Shown here in pieces: positions 61,118 to 64,000 of a stretch of DNA of 64,000 nt. The translations under genes and the position numbers were made by a program. Positions within the stretch are counted from its first letter, which is position 1; each line of letters starts with the position of its first letter. Source of the DNA: Alloascoidea hylecoeti (taxonomy: Eukaryota); the NCBI GenBank assembly GCA_001600815.1, contig BCKZ01000002.1, positions 889,725-953,724 of the forward strand, read 5' to 3'. Under the pieces are notes generated by a model. That model saw only the letters and a program-made list of their open reading frames with translations, made no database searches and had not been told where the DNA came from.

Positions 61118-61461
61118 AAAACCAAAAATGCAAAATTATTGTAAATAGCTATATGTAGATAAATAGTACGAGCTGGAGTGTTTGTGTATGGTATAAGATC
61201 TTATATTAGATGAGTTCTATACACATTCTCAATTGATGTATTTAATGATGGTTTCTTCGTCATTACAAAATTAATATAAATTAAGGATATTCATAGCTAT
61301 ACCTAACGTAATATAATTATATTTGAATAGCGAAATTTTATAGATAAAATTTAAAATAATACAGTTATAATAAATTAATAATTAATAATAGCTAATTACA
61401 AAAGTATAGCAAGCATATAATCAATGTAGTTCTCTAGTTGGTATCATAAGTTAGCTGACAA

Positions 61462-64000
61462 TCAAGATAACGGGTGATAAGAATGAATATTAATCCCACT
61501 AATAGATATAGAACCTTCACTATTCTCAAGATTCGCGGGTGTTCCCACACTTCCACTCCCATTTCTTTCATTATATAGAGGGCACGCTTTATTAGTACGA
61601 ATATGACCAAGTTCACCACAAGTAGCACATCTTCTTGTAGTTGATTTACCTTTACCAATACCTTTACCGGATAATGGAACTGCTGGATCTTTATTATCTT
61701 TTGTTGCTTTTCTTGCATTTCTTCTTTCTTTATTTCTTTGTAATTTTTGTAGTTTTTCTTCAAGCATTTTGAGTCGTCTTTTATTTGTAACCTCATCATC
61801 GGTTGGAGCAATTGTCTCAGGTTCCAATTCAGCATCTTCCATTGTTTGTCGCCTTTTAATATAGGTTCTAATAACCTTCGGATCTCTAACAATTTCAGTT
61901 GTTCTTTGAATAATGTTGTTTTCGTCACGTATTCTTCTTGTGATTTTAAGAACTTTTTGACTTTGACCAGCTGATGTACTTAAATGTGAAAAAACAGATG
62001 CCGAGTCATCATCAATAGCACTTGTAGGTACTGGTGTAGATGAACCAAAGTCATCATTATTATCTTTTGATTGCCTTTCCTCTCGTTCGTTTTCCATTTC
62101 TTCCCATTTTAATTCCGAAGTATCAGTAATACTTAAACTTTTCATTTGTGCATACCAGGTTCGTGCAATTTCTTCATCATATGCTTTCTGTTGCAAAGCA
62201 ACATTATAACTATGACCACCAAATTTAGATTTATCTAATTTTTCATCAATTGATTCCCCAACTGCTTTGAAGCCACCTTTCATAGAAATTTTTAAGAAAC
62301 TAAAAGCTTCACCTCTACCCGACGGATCACCTTCACCATGTAATTGTAGCATTGCCTGACCTTGGGTTGCTTTGATAAAATTTTTTGATGTATTCCATGG
62401 CGCTAATTCTTCTTCGATACTCATTCCATCGTTATTATCTTCATCTTCAACAGTTTTACCATACCCGGCATCTTCTAAATGTTGTTGTCCAACCTGTGTA
62501 GATTCCAATAGGGTGATATCTTCAGGTGTTAACATCGACCTAATTGCTTCTTCATCTGGAAGGGGAGCTGGAGGTTTTATTTTCCAATAACCTCGATCCT
62601 CACCATTATGTTGAAATTCCATGAATTCTTTTAATCTTTGACGGTTTTGCATATCATTTTGATCGGGAAAGTGTGATGAAATATCTTTAACTAGTAACCT
62701 CTGTCTTTGACTATGATTTAAAACTCGATAAACAATCATTTTTAATCTATTTTTACTTGCAGTTGTAACTCTTCTTGAATGTGGACCTGGTATTTCAACA
62801 ACAGGGTATGTTTGGCCAACCACAAAAAGATTGCTAATCGATCTTAAGAAATACTTTTGACTCTGATTACCACCAGTACTTCTAATGAGTAAGAAATCTG
62901 TATTTTTAACATCATGTTTGATCACAGGTGCTCTTATTAAATTATTATAAAATGTTGGGACGATATTACCAGGCTCAACAAATCCAAAATTCCAAAATGG
63001 ACTTCTATCTTGAACACCTAAAACATGGGTTTCACCTAGATATAATTTGGGTCTTGATGTATCTTCTTCATTTTTTTTTCTATAATAATTAATTAATTTA
63101 CTACCCATACCAAAATTTGATAAAACAGGTGGGAATTCTTCGGAGTATTCAAATAAAAATAAATGACCTGTGTCACCTAATGTCAAATCATTAGTTCTAT
63201 TAAATACTTCAGAAATTTCTTTACCTCTATCTCTTTTTCTTTTTCTTGTTTTTATTTTTGAAAATGAAAACTTGGTACCAGGTCTAACGATAAATGAAGG
63301 TCTGTGGAATGAACGCATTTGAGCTTTTGATAATTTTACTTTATAATAAGGAGTTTGTAATCTTCTTGCAGGCATAGTATGATCAATACTTAAATTACCA
63401 ATAGTTGCACGAACTTTGGATTGATAATTTTCTTTTAAGAGATCATAAGCAGTATCATTTGATATATTGAACTTTCTCATTAATGCCTTTTCAGTTTGTG
63501 GTATTGAAGCAGTTATTTTATCATTTGAAATCTTTGTTTTCCTTTGTTCAATATTAAACAAAAGTTCCGGATCGTTTAAATTGAACTGTAATTTTGTTGA
63601 AAGTTGACCTTCTAAAATCATATCATCATCCATGGACCATTTATCGTCATCCATTAGTTTTGCTCTCTTATGCCGTGTTTCTGGGTATTCTTCTTTGTTG
63701 TGTGTGTCACTATCATCACCAGCATTTAGTATTTGATCATAACTCCACTCTATCGACGCAAGAGCTAAATCATTTGCTCGTATATTTCCAAAGAGCTCCG
63801 TTTGATCATCCTCACCGGTCACTTTTGAATTTTTTGGTTCTAAGACCTTGGGGTCAATGTAAATTATCCTTTGACCGGCTACTCGTTCCTGTGATTTTAT
63901 TGGTTTGTTTATACTTTGTTTAAAAGCTTTTCTATCATCAATTTCCGGTTCTAGTTCAAGTTTTGTGGGATGAAGTGGTCTAATGGTTTTTGGTTTTTGA
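61462..64000 (-). CDS. TAF1: TFIID subunit Taf1 (5' end outside the window)
   Basis: EYSEEFPPVLSNFGMGSKLINYYRK, EIPGPHSRRVT, LHGEGDPSGRGEAFSF, and zinc knuckle CATCGELGHIRTNKACP. Confidence 0.96.
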   Translation of the reverse strand, partial: QKPKTIRPLHPTKLELEPEIDDRKAFKQSINKPIKSQERVAGQRIIYIDPKVLEPKNSKVTGEDDQTELFGNIRANDLALASIEWSYDQILNAGDDSDTHNKEEYPETRHKRAKLMDDDKWSMDDDMILEGQLSTKLQFNLNDPELLFNIEQRKTKISNDKITASIPQTEKALMRKFNISNDTAYDLLKENYQSKVRATIGNLSIDHTMPARRLQTPYYKVKLSKAQMRSFHRPSFIVRPGTKFSFSKIKTRKRKRDRGKEISEVFNRTNDLTLGDTGHLFLFEYSEEFPPVLSNFGMGSKLINYYRKKNEEDTSRPKLYLGETHVLGVQDRSPFWNFGFVEPGNIVPTFYNNLIRAPVIKHDVKNTDFLLIRSTGGNQSQKYFLRSISNLFVVGQTYPVVEIPGPHSRRVTTASKNRLKMIVYRVLNHSQRQRLLVKDISSHFPDQNDMQNRQRLKEFMEFQHNGEDRGYWKIKPPAPLPDEEAIRSMLTPEDITLLESTQVGQQHLEDAGYGKTVEDEDNNDGMSIEEELAPWNTSKNFIKATQGQAMLQLHGEGDPSGRGEAFSFLKISMKGGFKAVGESIDEKLDKSKFGGHSYNVALQQKAYDEEIARTWYAQMKSLSITDTSELKWEEMENEREERQSKDNNDDFGSSTPVPTSAIDDDSASVFSHLSTSAGQSQKVLKITRRIRDENNIIQRTTEIVRDPKVIRTYIKRRQTMEDAELEPETIAPTDDEVTNKRRLKMLEEKLQKLQRNKERRNARKATKDNKDPAVPLSGKGIGKGKSTTRRCATCGELGHIRTNKACPLYNERNGSGSVGTPANLENSEGSISISGINIHSYHPLS

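Noticed and set aside
1..64000. CRISPR array or rRNA
   Set aside because: None seen; the repeats are coding tandem repeats, microsatellites or TIRs.

Overview
An AT-rich fungal nuclear region, most likely from a budding yeast (Saccharomycotina). The evidence is short GTATGT/GTAAGT...CTAAC...AG introns and yeast-type housekeeping genes; I do not assign a species. Recognisable conserved genes are MRP2 (spliced), a BOI1/BOI2-type SH3-SAM-PH gene (spliced), a C2H2 transcription factor, a LENG1/Cir_N protein (spliced), a Zn2Cys6 transcription factor, CDC43, PDH1, a SUN-family glucanase, AMS1, NUT1/MED5, PEX14, RSM26, the 3' part of TAF1, and a tRNA-Asn. The ORF track misses a 3-exon gene of at least 2465 codons that runs off the left edge. 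It encodes an N-terminal membrane anchor, an RVxF-type motif and about 20 or more LPxS motifs. The 21-39 kb accessory block holds three mutually homologous, very divergent Hsp20/alpha-crystallin-like genes, a CENP-B/pogo HTH gene lacking a DDE domain, a repeat-containing pseudogene and several MITEs. Elsewhere there is a LINE 3' remnant next to the tRNA, a near-perfect 108-bp inverted repeat beside a pogo-like motif, and two sharp GC islands, each carrying GTCACGTG and a G-to-C skew flip. All family calls come from motif recognition by eye; no searches were run.
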